Source: the human T2T-CHM13v2.0 reference genome, Homo sapiens
Strand: one strand, 5' to 3'
Length of the DNA: 64,000 bases
NCBI RefSeq assembly: GCF_009914755.1
Contig: NC_060935.1
Numbering within the stretch: the first letter of the stretch is position 1; the number at the start of each line of letters is the position of its first letter. Under the pieces are notes generated by a model. The model worked only from the letters and a program-made list of their open reading frames with translations, was not told where the DNA came from and made no database searches. Positions 1 through 15,920 of this stretch are shown piece by piece. The position numbers and the translations under genes were made by a program.

Positions 1-254
1 CACAGACAATAAAATTTGAGTATCATATAATTTTCATGTGTCATGAAATATGATTCTAGTTTTTCCCCCCAATCATTTAAAAACATAAAAAACATTCTTA
101 GTTAGCAGGCAGTACAAAAACAAAAAGGAGGCTGGATTTGGCCCACAGGCCACAGTATGCCAATCCTTGTTTTAGATGGATCCATTTATCCATACAGTGA
201 GACAATTCTGCTCTCATATTCCCAAACAAAACATTAACACACATATAAAAATAC

Positions 255-334
255 CTTCGTTCGGCACGCTCTTTCTTCTTTAAGGCAACATCCAAATCCT
301 GCAACTGTTCCTCTAATTTTTCACAGAGCAGTTT
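255..334 (-). CDS. RSF1: RSF1 coding exon (probably exon 9, 80 nt): KLLCEKLEEQLQDLDVALKKKERAERR, coiled-coil-like
   Basis: Within ORF 98..346. Acceptor cttcag|AAA, donor AG|gtatt. Confidence 0.95.
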
Positions 335-745
335 CTGAAGAAGCAAAATAGATAAAAGTCATTTTAAACAACTTTTAGCAATCATTTATTACATACATGT
401 TAACTTCATGGGTAGTGGGCTCTGAGAGCTGGTAAGGGACCACATAGTAAGTGAACAATGAAGCTTTTCTTGTGTTTAATTAAACACACCTTTTGAACAG
501 AAGATGAGCACAGTACCTTTGAAATAAAGCACACGTTAAAGAAACATACAGCTTTGCCAAAAGAAACGGATTCTGTGCCTATCCTACTGGCAATAGTCAA
601 TGTTTAAAACAGCATTTGGTTCAACATGTGTATGTAACAGTGATTATACTTTTTAAAAAAGATCCCAAGATGTTTTAAAGGGAGAAGGTTATACGTACGA
701 TATAACATAATGATGCCAAAAACTATTTTTTAAAAAAGGTGACTG

Positions 746-855
746 GGCTGGTGTGAGTGCTGTGGTATTTACAACTAATTGATCCCAACCAGTTACAGAT
801 TTTTTTGTTCTTTCTCCACTCCCAGGGCTTCACTTGACTATCCTTAAAAAAAAAG
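746..855 (+). pseudogene. Y3 RNA (RNY3-derived) retropseudogene
   Basis: GGCTGGtgtGAGTGC..GTGGTATTTACAACTAATTGATC.CAACCAGTTACAGATTT...CTTCACTTGACTA.CCTT matches hY3 over its full length. It is followed by an A-tail, with an imperfect TSD ending GACTG on both sides. Confidence 0.9.
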
Positions 856-985
856 ACTGTAAAAAAGTATACAAACAATGCTACACAGTTACTGAGTCAA
901 AACAGAGCTGAAAAATGTACTTGATAATAAAGCTGTGCTAAGCCACAGAAGTCCATTTCACTGAAGAATGCATAAAGCTCATCAT

Positions 986-1658
<673 letters not shown>

Positions 1659-1675
1659 CTACTTTTAAATTTTTT

Positions 1676-2088
<413 letters not shown>

Positions 2089-2619
2089 TAATCTATCATT
2101 TTTAAGGCAAATGAAAGTAGGTTTGTGAGAGAAATGTAACCAATGAGCACAGCAGCACAGAAATAACCTGATTCTTCAGTTTCTAAAAGAAATTTGCCTA
2201 AGATAGAAGAGAAAGAGAATCTATGTTTCTCCTAACCCTGATAACACCATCTACAAAACTACTGACAAATACAAAGTAGGTAGAAACCAAAAAAGAGGAT
2301 GAAACAAAGTGATACATAGGAAGAAACATATATCCTTCCTTCTACATATCTACACTTGGTGCTTTTTGTGCTTTTAACAAATACAAGAAAAAAATCATTC
2401 ATAATTTTACAAAACTTAGAGGGCTTTTGATAACTGCTTTGGGAAAAAAAACAAAAAGGAAAACCTAAAAGCTATTAATAAAAGGTAGAAATCTAAACAG
2501 AGGTAAATACTATTTACACATTGCTTTGAAGGTTAAAAATATTCATTCAGTAGCTATTAAACAGTTATTAATTTGAATACAAACTCAAAGACTAGAAAAA
2601 CAAGTGGGCGGGGTCTTAC

Positions 2620-2724
2620 ATGTTGGCAAGGTGGGCAGAACCATTCTCCATCTGGGATGATCATCAGAGGAGGGCGAAGGCAGGCAGTATGGTATCCACT
2701 ATCGCAAGAGTCACACAGAAGAAT
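2620..2724 (-). CDS. RSF1: RSF1 coding exon (probably exon 8, 105 nt): [38 protein letters not shown] finger core
   Basis: Completes the C4HC3 PHD pattern. Acceptor tttcag|ATT, donor CAT|gtaaga. Confidence 0.98.
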
Positions 2725-2868
2725 CTGAAATAACCACACTGATGTCAACCTAACTATGACTAAAATTCAATGACTCTTAGGTTAAAGACGTTTCAATATC
2801 TCTGAGTACTATACTGCAAAGCACTCTATTTGCATAAAGCTAGTAAATAAAAAAGCTCTGATGATTAG

Positions 2869-3200
<332 letters not shown>

Positions 3201-3659
3201 ATGCTAATTTTTTAAAAAACCTAAAAAAAAGTTAAGCTATAAAATTTAGTTAAAAATAACAAGGCCTTTCTGACCTAGAGTTAGAATCCTTTTTCATTCA
3301 GTATATAGTCATAAAGGCTATAACAACATATTCCTTATAACAAAGTTTTAAAGCTCAAGTATCAAAGACTACCCTACCACACAGAATTTTTAAAACACAA
3401 AAAATTTCCATTTTAAATAGCATTTCAATTACTTACCTGTAAGAAACACTCATGGTTCTTTTTATCATGTAAATTCAAATAAGGAAGAGACTGAGGTATA
3501 GAAAAGGAATACAACTACATTCAGAACCGTCATCATGTAATACAAAGGTTCGTAACATCACTTAGTCTTATAGTTGTTTTATCGGTATTTGAGTTTAAGA
3601 GGACCAAGGTCTAAAACTAAACACAGTATACTCAAAAATGTTTAATTTAAAAGAAAACT

Positions 3660-5100
3660 TTTTACTTTTAAATAATTTTAGATTTACAGAAGAGTTTCAA
3701 GATGGTACAAAGTTCTCTTATATCCTTCACCCAATTTTTAACACCATTACCTCATATAACTATGGTACATTTATCAAAACTAAGAAATTAACATCAATAC
3801 TATGAACTAAACAACAGGCTATTCAGATTTCACAAGTTTTTCCACTGATGTCCTTTTGTTGATTTTGAATCTTGCAGGTCCCTTTACATTCAGTTATGTT
3901 TTGTTAGTATCCCCAGTACGTAACCGTTTCTTGGTCCTTCTTTGTCTTCCCTGACCGACAGTTTGAAGAGTACTATATTAGTCAGATATTTTTGGTAGAC
4001 TGTCCTGAAATTTGAGTTTGTTTGATGTTTACTCATGATTAGACTGGGGTTCTGGGTTTTGGAGAAGAGCCTACAGAGGGGAAATGCCCTGCTCACTGCA
4101 TTGTATCAGGGGATACATGTTATCAATGACTTACTACTGCTGTTATTAACTTTGGTCACTTGGTTAAAGTACATCTGTTGGTTTTATCCACTCTAAGGTC
4201 ACCTTCCGTACTCTATTCTCAAGATAAATGCAACCCACACTCAAGGGTAAGGGAATTAAGTTTTCTAGAAGTATGAGTATCAAATAATTTGTGGATATAT
4301 ATTAAAATCTCAATAGTAATAAATCAATAAATACCTTGGGGGAGATGCACTGAAGCTATGCCAATATCTTCTCTCTCCTTAAAGTTCTGCTCACTAGTTT
4401 TAGCATTTGCCGGGGATTCTGCTTGCAACGATTGTTACTGTGGTGTTCTGATGGTGATTTTCTATCTCCCTTATGCCTTCTACATATGTTATTAGGAATT
4501 ATTCTGTAAGGAAAATAAGTCTCTTCTTCCCCACATTTGTTTATTCAATTATTTATATCAATATGAATTAATGATTATTTTATTCTTTGGGCTACAATCC
4601 AAAGCTATCATTATTTAATTTGTTGTTGGAACTGTTCCAGCCATGGACACAATGGAAGCTCTTTCAGGTTGTCTCCTGTGTCCTTAGGACTTGCCTGCAT
4701 TTTTTTTTTAAGTACTTCCTTACTTTCTGGCACAACAGGATGTTTCAGGAACATCTTGTATTTTCCCTGCCCAAGCCTTAGAACCAACCATTTCTTCAAG
4801 AAGCCCTAGCTCCTTTACTGGATAATGGTACTTAGAAACCAAGATCTGGATGCTCTGAAAGCTCACTGCTACTGGCAACTACTTTTAATCTCTCTCAGAG
4901 GACAGCGCTAAGATATATATGTATGGATATGTATACACATATATCTTTCTGTGCCTATATTAAAATAAACATGGAGTTCATGCTAGTATCTCCAGTTCTA
5001 ATCTACCATCATAGGGTTCATCATGGCTCCTATTATTTACACTTTATTTATTTGCTCAACCCTAGTATAGATGAAGTTTCTGCAATCCTAACCTGTACCA
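3660..5100 (-). mobile_element. Old L1 3' region (L1MC/L1MD-like)
   Basis: AATAATTTTAGATTTACAGAAGAGTT... start and typical L1MC 3'UTR motifs; similar segments recur at ~19500-22200. Confidence 0.65.
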
Positions 5101-6551
5101 TGGGGGTGGGAGGAGGCACACCATTACAATGCATCACCACTTGCTCGCAATACCCAGGGTTTGGTACTTACTTACATTAGTATTATACTTCCGGTATACA
5201 GTTGATTACATTGGCACATGTGGACTAACCTGGCCACCTAATCAATTTATCACATAGTTTCTATAAAACATAACCTAAATTTCAAATATCAAAATTACAG
5301 GTAAACTTTCAGAATTTATTTCTAAAGGGAAGATTGCTTCTACTCTGCAGTAAAGGCAAAGTCTCACTAAATAAATATTACCATGTAAGATTTCCAAGCC
5401 TCAGGTGATAATCCATTTATTTTGACTAAAACATCTGGAAAATCCCTTAGAGTTCTATATTCATTTATACATTTATTGCTTTTCTGCTGTTAAAGCTCAA
5501 TTAAGACAAGGACCATGCCTTTCTAGCTCAGCAGCATATTCTTATGATTTAACATATAATAGCTGCTTGGTATTCTGACTTGAGGATTATCCTTAAGCAC
5601 TTGGCATAAGAATCTACCATATTTGGGATCTTCAGTTTCCAATGTCATTCACAATATAATTTCTGCTCACCCCATTTTACCATTTTATTTCTCATTTCTT
5701 CACATCAGTTCATTACAGCAGCCTTTGCTGCCTTAGGTAAAATGCCCTCTTTTAGTTTAAAGGGACATTAGAAAATGGTAAGGAGAGAACACAAGTGATG
5801 CTTTTTTTTCTTGATTTAGAAGGCAGAAAAGACTACTATCTCAAATGTCCTCTTGGCCTTTATCTGTATAAAAATATTGACTTAACTTGCATAGCCTTGA
5901 TGATCATAAAATACTTAGAGGGATCTTCTCAGCATAATTTCAACATCTATTCTTCTCAGAGCTCAAGTCATTCTCTGGTTCTATCTTTTACTTGAGCCTT
6001 TAAAAACTACTGGGTTATGATAAATTTCACTGATAATACATTTAGCTTCCAGATATGATATTAACAGTAAGAAAGAAAAGAGTAAGTAAACCAGAATTAA
6101 CTTTAACCCAGCACATAATATAGATCAGAAACTGTGCTAGGCAACTTTACATGAGCTGTTAAAAACACCCCTCAGAAGTATGTGGCGTGAGTCCCACCTT
6201 ACAATAAAGAAATCAAAATACAGAGAAGATAGCTCCTGATAAGTAGTATCCTGATAAGTAGGATCTGAATTCATGCTGTCTGGCCCTATGCTTTTCCCAT
6301 CACATCATAATGCTTTGCAGGAAAAAAGAGGCTGGAGAACCACTTCTTAGGAATTTTCCAAACTTTAGAGGATCTCAAATGTTTCTGGTCCACACAATTC
6401 TACTCAGGTAGAAACATCTTTCTTTACATTTTCTTCTACTTAATAGCTGGAGTTTGCCTTTAAAGTGAAATCTATTCAAAAGAACAGCACAGGTGCATAG
6501 AATTAGGTATAACAAGGCTACTTCCTCAACAGACTCACTTATGAACTGCAA

Positions 6552-6626
6552 ATTATATATATATATAAATATATTATATAAAATATATTTATATATAATA
6601 TATAATATATATATTATATATATAAT
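6552..6626. repeat. AT-rich (TA)n-like low-complexity tract
   Basis: Direct reading. Confidence 0.85.
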
Positions 6627-7557
6627 AGATTAGATATTGATTCTCCTGATTCAGGCAACCTTTGAAGAACTTACTTCCTGGGGAAGAAAGCTCTCTATAA
6701 AAGTGGTACTATTCTTTTTGGAATATATCTGGTCTACAATTTATTCTCCTATAAATTAAAAAAAATTTTTTATGTTAAAAAAATTGTAGTCGGTATATAG
6801 CAGGTGTATATATTTATAGGGTACATGTGATGTTTTAATAAAGGCATCTAATGTGTAATAATCACATGGGGTAACTAGGGTATCCATCACCTCAAGCATT
6901 TACCATTTGTTTTAGAAACATTCCAATGCCACTCTTTTGCCATTAAAAAAAATTTAAAGCCCTACTACATTATTACTTGACTTACATGTTTTTATAGGAA
7001 GGCAGTAAGGCCTTCAGGCCTAATTTACTTAAAGCTGGCACTTCAAAAATATCATTATAAAGTTACCTATTTATCTTACCTATTTATCTATCCAGCCATC
7101 CATGAGACAGGGTCTTGCTATGCTGCCCAGGCTGCATTTGAATGACTGGGCTCAAATCCTCCTACCTCAGCCACCTGAGTAGCTGGAACTACTGGCATGT
7201 GGCCACCATGCCAGGCAGAAATGCCATTATTAAGTAATTTAAAGGGAAAGAAGAAAAACTTAAAAAGAACAAACTAAAAATACTTGAATACATTCCTCAA
7301 TCTGTGAGAAGAGATTGAGGTGTATTATTATGTAGAGGAAATATCAATATACAAGCCAAGTAGAATGAAAGTAGGATCTTGATCACTGGCCTTCCTACAA
7401 TTAGGTTATATGAGAAACAGAAATAAAGGTTACTCTGTAGCATACAAGTTATCATTAAGAAATTCAAATAATGATAAAACCCAGAAGAGTTAGGCTGCTC
7501 CAGGCAACCTCACCATGTCTGTAATATGAGTATTCTTCATTTACATCAGGTACATAC

Positions 7558-7764
7558 TAGCTCAGGATGGTTTGGAAGGCCACATTTTTTGCATGGTTCA
7601 TCATCATCTGCTAGGATGGCTTCTTCACTTTCCTTTTCTTCCTCCTCTTCTGAAGCTGCAGATGATTTTTCACTGCCAGACCCTTCACTTTCATCATTGC
7701 TGGAATATTTCCATCTGCCACGTGTCCGAGAACCAGTCCATCGAACTTTGCCTTTGGGTTTTAC
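7558..7764 (-). CDS. RSF1: RSF1 coding exon (probably exon 7, 207 nt): VKPKGKVRWTGSRTRGRWKY...DDDEPCKKCGLPNHPEL, first two Cys of the PHD finger
   Basis: Read manually. Acceptor tacaag|GTA, donor CTA|gtatgt, phase 0/0. Confidence 0.96.
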
Positions 7765-8639
7765 CTTGTATAAAATAAAAAAAATTGGGATAATTTGATA
7801 TAAGAATGTCTTTTAAAAATCTCCTGATTACATGTCCATTGTATAATAATATTCAGCCAATATACCAAAAAAAGAGGAGAAAATTATTATAGTCTCATCA
7901 TCAGATATAGCTATGGTTAAATTTTGGTATATATTTCCACTATTTTTTCTACATTTTTGTTTACTTTTTTCTTAAAACCGAATTATAATGAACATTTGGT
8001 CTTATATTTTTCCTAGTCACATTCTCCTAACATTACTATAAATGCCATTACATAACTGTTTTTATCTAATCCTCTACTAGACATTTAGGTAGTTGTTTCC
8101 CATGTTTTTCACTTTCGTCAACAATGTACTGTATCTTTACAAATATTTTTACACACATCTCTGTGGTTAGGATAAATTCCTTGAAGAGGATTCTGGGTCA
8201 AAGGTCATGCACATTTTAAATGCTTTGTAAGAGAATGATGACTATATTCTCACATATTTTCATGTAAAAATTTAAAATCCTGTATTAGAGATAAATTTTA
8301 AATTTTAAATAAGCCAGAACTGCATATAAAAATCCTGACAAATGTAAAAATATATACATTCAGAGAGCAAATTTATAATGTGACTAACAGCTTTTTATTG
8401 CGTAGTTTTATACTCTTTTAACTTGTGTTTTAGTTTATTCCTACACTATAGGTCGTCAGCAAAGAACAAAATAAGTCTAACAACAAAAGAAGAAACTTAA
8501 AAAAAACATTAAAAATTCAGTATCTCAGGGAACACAGGATCACTTACAATGAAGAATGATCTGATCGTTTAAATACATTAAAAAGAAAAGTAGCACTTTT
8601 GATTATGATAAATTCCCATAGACTAGCAAAAGACTTGTA

Positions 8640-9100
8640 AAATATTTTGCTTAAAATAACAGGGTCATAGTTATGATGAGTAATACCAACATTAATGAGT
8701 AAAATGGGGAAAATAGGCACTGTCATACACTGGTAATAAGATGCTATATTAATGGAGCCTTTTTGGAGGGCAATGTGGAAGTAGCTATCAAAACTTAAAA
8801 TATACATGTCCCTTGACCCAGCAATTCCAATTCTAGGAGTCTATTCTAAAGAAATACTCACTCATGTCCAAAAGGATCTTCAATGCAGCATTGCCTGTAA
8901 TAGTGAAAAATTGGAAACAACCTAAATGTCAATCAGTAAGTGAGTGGTTAAATAAACTGAGGTATATCCACACTATGGAGTACTGTGTGGCCATTAACAA
9001 GCAAAAGGGATACTATATCTACGGACATGAAGAGTTCAGAGACACTTTAAGTGAAAAACTCACAGAAAAATGAACATATTTGATCCAATTTCTTTTTTAA
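8640..9100 (+). mobile_element. Old L1 (L1ME-like) fragment
   Basis: GACCCAGCAATTCC, GGAAACAACCTAAATGTC, AAATAAACTG motifs. Confidence 0.7.
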
Positions 9101-9150
9101 ATAAGTAAATATTTATGAACATCCACATAAATGCATGAAAAAGGACTGGA

Positions 9151-9539
<389 letters not shown>

Positions 9540-9804
9540 TCATTCTATAATTCTACAGGTTGGATATTATTTGAATAGTTTACAAGGAGAATATATTCCT
9601 ATACTACTTTTAATTTCTTAAAAAAGTTAAAAGATGACAAGAGTATAGAGTATAAGTAAGAGTATAAAGTCTGAAAAGGTATCTCAGACAGAGGAAGAAA
9701 GATACTTTGTCAGTTGTCTTTGATGACTAAGTTTTAGACAAAACCAAAAAACCTATTAATATATAGAGACAAATATTTTTAATTAAAGTTAAGACAAGTT
9801 TTAC

Positions 9805-11579
9805 CTTGCTTACTTTAGAATTTGTATCTTTCTCTGATTTTTTCAAAATTTCCTTTTTGTCAGTTTTTTGCAAAGCTGTTGACTCTTCTTCCACCTCATC
9901 TTCTCCTTCCCCTCTTTTTTTATCAGCTTTCTGATCTCTGATCTCAGCCACTTTTGCAGTGGGTCTAGATATTCTTGGAGATCTTCTTAAAGTACGACCC
10001 ACATTTGTTTTCTCCTCTTCCTTTTCTGTCTTCTCTTGCTTGTTTTCTGGTTCTAGAACTTTGGGGGGAGAATCGGGCTTCTTTTTCCGACTTGATATCC
10101 TGATTGTTAATTTGATGCCCTCTTTCTGCCTTTCAGAGGTTATCTCTGTATTTTCTGAGGCAGTGGTTTCTTCTTCAGGAACCAACTTATATTTGAATTT
10201 GCTTTTTTGCATAGAACCCTTTGTCTCAGAAGGCTCCTCTATGCCAGAGGTCTGGGCATTGTCCAGATTATCCATTTCTACCTTTGTGAACTCAGAATCC
10301 TCTTTTAGGGTTTCTAGGTCTACTTTTTTCACAGACTGGCCACCAACAGTACTTGTACTCTGGCATTCTACCACTTCTTTTTCTGAGGCTAGTTTCTCAC
10401 AGTGGTCAATGATATTAGATGGTGGAGAAGTTTCAGCTGCCTCAGGAGAGCCAGGCTTTTCTGACTCTAGAGTACTCTTTGGAACTTCTTCTGGTATTGG
10501 ACTCAATCTTTGTGCGTCCTTATCAAGAAAAGTCTTTTTGGACTTCTCTAACTTTTCAAGACATTCTAGGATTGGTGGGCGCTTATCCTTCTTAGTTTTG
10601 GGAGACTTCTCTTCACCTTTCATGGTACACGACTCGGTGGAAGATAAAGCAGTTTTTGAAGAGAGATCTTTTGCCATCTCAGAAGAATCAAGAGAAGTTT
10701 CCATTTCTGGAGGATCGGGTTCCTCTATTTGTGCTTTTTGACTATGGATCTCTAAGACTGATATTGAACTATCTGCATCTTTCCTCAAAGGGGCTGTTTC
10801 TTTCTCAAGCTCACCTGTTTTCATACTTGTTATGACAGAATTTAAGGACTCTGTTCCATTTCCCTCCGTGATGATATTTCTGTCCTTAGAGGGGCTATAG
10901 CTCTCTTCCTTTGTCTCATAAAACTTTGTCTCTATTGGTTCTGTCTTAAAATTTGGAGCTACCCTTTCATCACTAACTTCTCCATTTACCAGCTGTTTCC
11001 CTTCATGACCCAAAGCAGTGATTGTAGAGATCCTTTTACAAGTCTCTTCCTCTTGTTTTATTTCATCTTTCAAAAACTCTTTTGTTGGAGTAACTGATTT
11101 ACACAAAGGTCCCTTGACTGGACTGTCAAAATCATCACTCAGTTTAATTTCTCGTTTTTTTAGTGGTATCTTGGCCTGCTGGTCATTTTTAAGTTTCTCA
11201 GTTTCTTCAGTAGATTTCTCAGTAATTTCGTGAGAAGATTTAATATTGCCACCAAATTCGATCCTTTCAGGCTCCTGTGCCACTGGCTTCTCCATGCTAC
11301 TTTTGGTATCTTTAGGATCTGCTCTACATTCCTTCACCTCAACTTTAATGGGTTTGACATTTTCCTTGAAGGAATCACTTTCTTCTTTGATAATCTTTTT
11401 TTCTTCATTTTCTGGCAAAGGTTTTTCTAGCTTCACTATGACTGGCAGTTTCACAAGTTCCTTTTCATCTTCTTTTTCTTTTTTCACAGTAGTCTCTTCT
11501 AGAACATTGGCTGTAGAACGGTTTTCTAAATCCATAGGCTGCTCCTCACTTTTCATCTTTTCACTTTCTTTCTGTTCCT
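9805..11579 (-). CDS. RSF1: RSF1 large coding exon (probably exon 6, 1775 nt), Glu/Lys/Ser-rich low-complexity region
   Basis: Contains the 609-aa ORF 9727..11556 (MKSEEQPMDLENR...). Acceptor ttttag|AG, donor AAG|gtaaaa, phase 1/0. Confidence 0.98.
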
Positions 11580-12998
11580 CTAAAAATCAGAAAAAGCTTA
11601 ATTACATGAATAGAAACTTTCAAGGCTATAAAATATAAGACTTAGTATAATGTATATTTCCATTTAAAGTTTCTATTTTAAAAGAGGTGGCCTCTGTCAT
11701 TGGATATTTGACAGTAAAAAATAAAATCTGACAATGAAGAAAATTACAAAAACTTTGAGATACAACTTCTAGATATTAAAAAAAATTTAGAAAAATTTAG
11801 GTTTCTGCTTTTTACTTTTTGTTTTGGTGTTCTCAATGGATTGCAAATATTTATGCAGTTCAAATAATTTATTCAAATTCAAGAGATGGCTTAAAAACAT
11901 AAAATTGAAAATGCTACCTAAAACATTTCCAGAAGACTATATTTGTTTTAAAAACTGACAACTGTTAAAAGAACTGAGCACTTCATTTCACTGAGGTACC
12001 AGGAACACGGCAGTGGGAAAATGAAAAATATAGAAAGACAAAAAGCCCATATCCTATTACCCAGAGGCAATCACTAGTAATATTTTAGGTTACTTCCTTC
12101 TGGTCTTGTATATTTTTCACTAAGTTGGTATCATGTTGCCTCAATTTATTCATTGAAACATTGGCACTTTCTTATGATACTTTTATAAAATGATGCCTTT
12201 TATAAAAATTGAGTTTAATAATTATATAACATTCCTCAATGTGATCATATTACAACTTACTTTATCAAATGCCACCACTGAACATTTCAGAAGTTAGTAC
12301 TATACAAAGAAACTGTTTAGATTTATCTGTCAATTCTTCTTTATACCTTATTGGCTATATATTTTCAACTTTTAAGGAGCACCTAATACTAGTGCAGATT
12401 TAAACACAACCAAAGCTATATTCAGTAAATAGCATAATCTCTGAATAGGATTATACAGACTGCATTCCAGAATTCATTGACTACTAATTTTACGTACATT
12501 TTTAATCCCTTCACCTTATCCTTGCTACTGAAAAACCTAATTCTAAACAAAGTTTTACTGAGACATAAATTTTTTTCCTAAAATTTTGAAATGATTCTCG
12601 TCAAGTTGATAAACCAGTTAGGATATACTTCATGGGAATAATGGGATGGAAAAAAGTGAGAAGATAAAGCAGGATATGTTTTTTGAAATGAAAATTTAAC
12701 CACCATTTCTTTTATGTACAATGATGTTGCAAATAAAAAAGCCAAGAACCATTTAGAACCATTCAGTGTCTGAGAGTTAAGCAACTGTAATCAGTATTTC
12801 TTCCTTCTTTACAAAGTCAGTGCCATAGGGAATGCTGCTAAAATATTTCAAGAGATGAGAGTAAAAAAAAATTTCAAAAATTCAAAATATAAAAGTCCTA
12901 CAGCATAAATAAGGTAAGAAAAAAACAGAGATGACAGTAATTACCTAAGTTGCATGTTTTCTCTTTCCCACTGATAAAACAGGTTTAATAAATTCTCA

Positions 12999-13430
<432 letters not shown>

Positions 13431-13837
13431 TTCAACCCAATACTAAGTGTGGCTAAACACAAGTTAATATTTTTTATCCCTATTCTATGGTTCAGAAAGT
13501 ATCTAAAGATTTCATCATGACCCTGATCCAACGTAAAATTAAGTTTCTCAGTTTCTTCAGATTTCTCCATGTTTTCATTCGAAGGTAACTGATCTTGGTT
13601 TGAATAACAACATAGCAAAATAAAACAAGAAATGACATTAGGTTCAAGATTCCCAGGTTCACTAACACTAATTTAGCTAGTGATGCATCTTTGGGTGTGT
13701 CACAAACTCACTGATCTTTCTTCATCTATAAATAAAGCAGCTGGACTAAATAACCTCAACTATTATTCTTCGCTGGTGTCATATTTCTTTTATTCTAAAA
13801 ATGTTAAATTCTTTGGTTTTTTGTGTGTTTGCCTTGG

Positions 13838-14147
<310 letters not shown>

Positions 14148-14829
14148 TAAGAGAAAAAAATGACAACAATTAATATTCTAGCTCCTCTAAATTAAATAAA
14201 TATGTTTCCAAAATAGTGTAGAGGAAGGAAGAACTAGGACAGAATATGAACCTTTAAGCACTATAATAATTAGTAAAAAGGTCAGTTACACAAGCATTTT
14301 CCCAAAGTTTGTCAAAAGAAAGTTGTAAAAGAGCACATAAATGAGTTTAAAAGGCATAAAATTTGAAGTGACCAAAGGAAAAATTCACTCCAAAAATTGA
14401 AACACAGCATCACATTTCTTCACAAATGAGGTGACTCAAGAGAAGTGGTAGCTACTGTGGGTTTTTAAAGGTGATTCATTCATTTACTCAACAAATATTT
14501 ATTGATCACTTATTATGTGCTTTCTCCACCACCCCTAGCAGAATCACTCTGTAATGATACATTGAATATTCTATAAAAGTTAACAGTAGAAGACACTGAG
14601 TTGCCTGCCGATTATCTATTCTCCTCTTCCTTTTTACAAACAGAACTTATTTTGTTCAGGAAGGCACTTGCCTCCTCAAACACCTTAAAGCTGTGAGTCA
14701 TGTGATCCAGTTATGACCAATGACATGTATGAGGAAGTCGTGGGTGAGAAGGGAGTCAGCTGACTGGTGCCTTTTGCCCTTTTCCCTTCTTTGGGTCCAG
14801 ATTCTATACACAATACCTGGAGAAGGAGC

Positions 14830-15372
<543 letters not shown>

Positions 15373-15744
15373 TTAACGCTCTTGTGTCACCTCCACCTTG
15401 GCCAGCTGTGGGACCTTTAGAAAATTACTTGAAACTTTCTAAGTCTCTTTAGACTCTAAGCTCTTTAAAACTGAAACATAAATATCTATACCTCAAGGAG
15501 GAGCTGTGAGGATTTTTTTTTCTTTTTATCTTAGGGGACTTTTTGAAAATGGAGCATGCAAAGTACTTTTACACAGTACTTGGGAGCTATTATTAATTAT
15601 TTGGCCCCATCTTTTTACCAGAAACTTCAGCCACATCGGAAAATTCAGTTTCCCAAAGCTGCCATCACTTTTTTGTTTTACTCTGTTAACTCTGCCTAGT
15701 AAGCAATTGCTATTTTGTACCTTTTAAGATTCCTCACTTTCCTA

Positions 15745-15920
15745 ATTTTTTTTTTTTAACTTTTACTTTAGGTTCAAGGGTACGTACGCAGGTTTGTTAT
15801 ACAGGTAAATTGCGTATCATGAGGGTTTGACATACAGATTATTTTGTCATCCAGGCAATAATAAACATAGTATCTGATATGTAGTTTTTTGATCCTGACC
15901 CTCCTCCCACCCTCCACCCA
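15745..15920 (-). mobile_element. 5'-truncated L1PA 3' end
   Basis: TTTTACTTTAGGTTCAAGGGTAC...CAGGTTTGTTA...CCTCCCACCCTCCACC; TSD CACTTTCCTAATTT. Confidence 0.8.

Noticed and set aside
9727-11556. 609-aa ORF as a standalone gene
   Set aside because: It is RSF1 exon 6 read from an internal Met and running past the donor at 9805 into the intron.
9959-11638. Long + strand ORFs (260 aa, 130 aa and others) overlapping exon 6
   Set aside because: These are antisense shadows of the Glu/Lys-rich RSF1 exon (Ser/Phe-rich translations) with no independent support.
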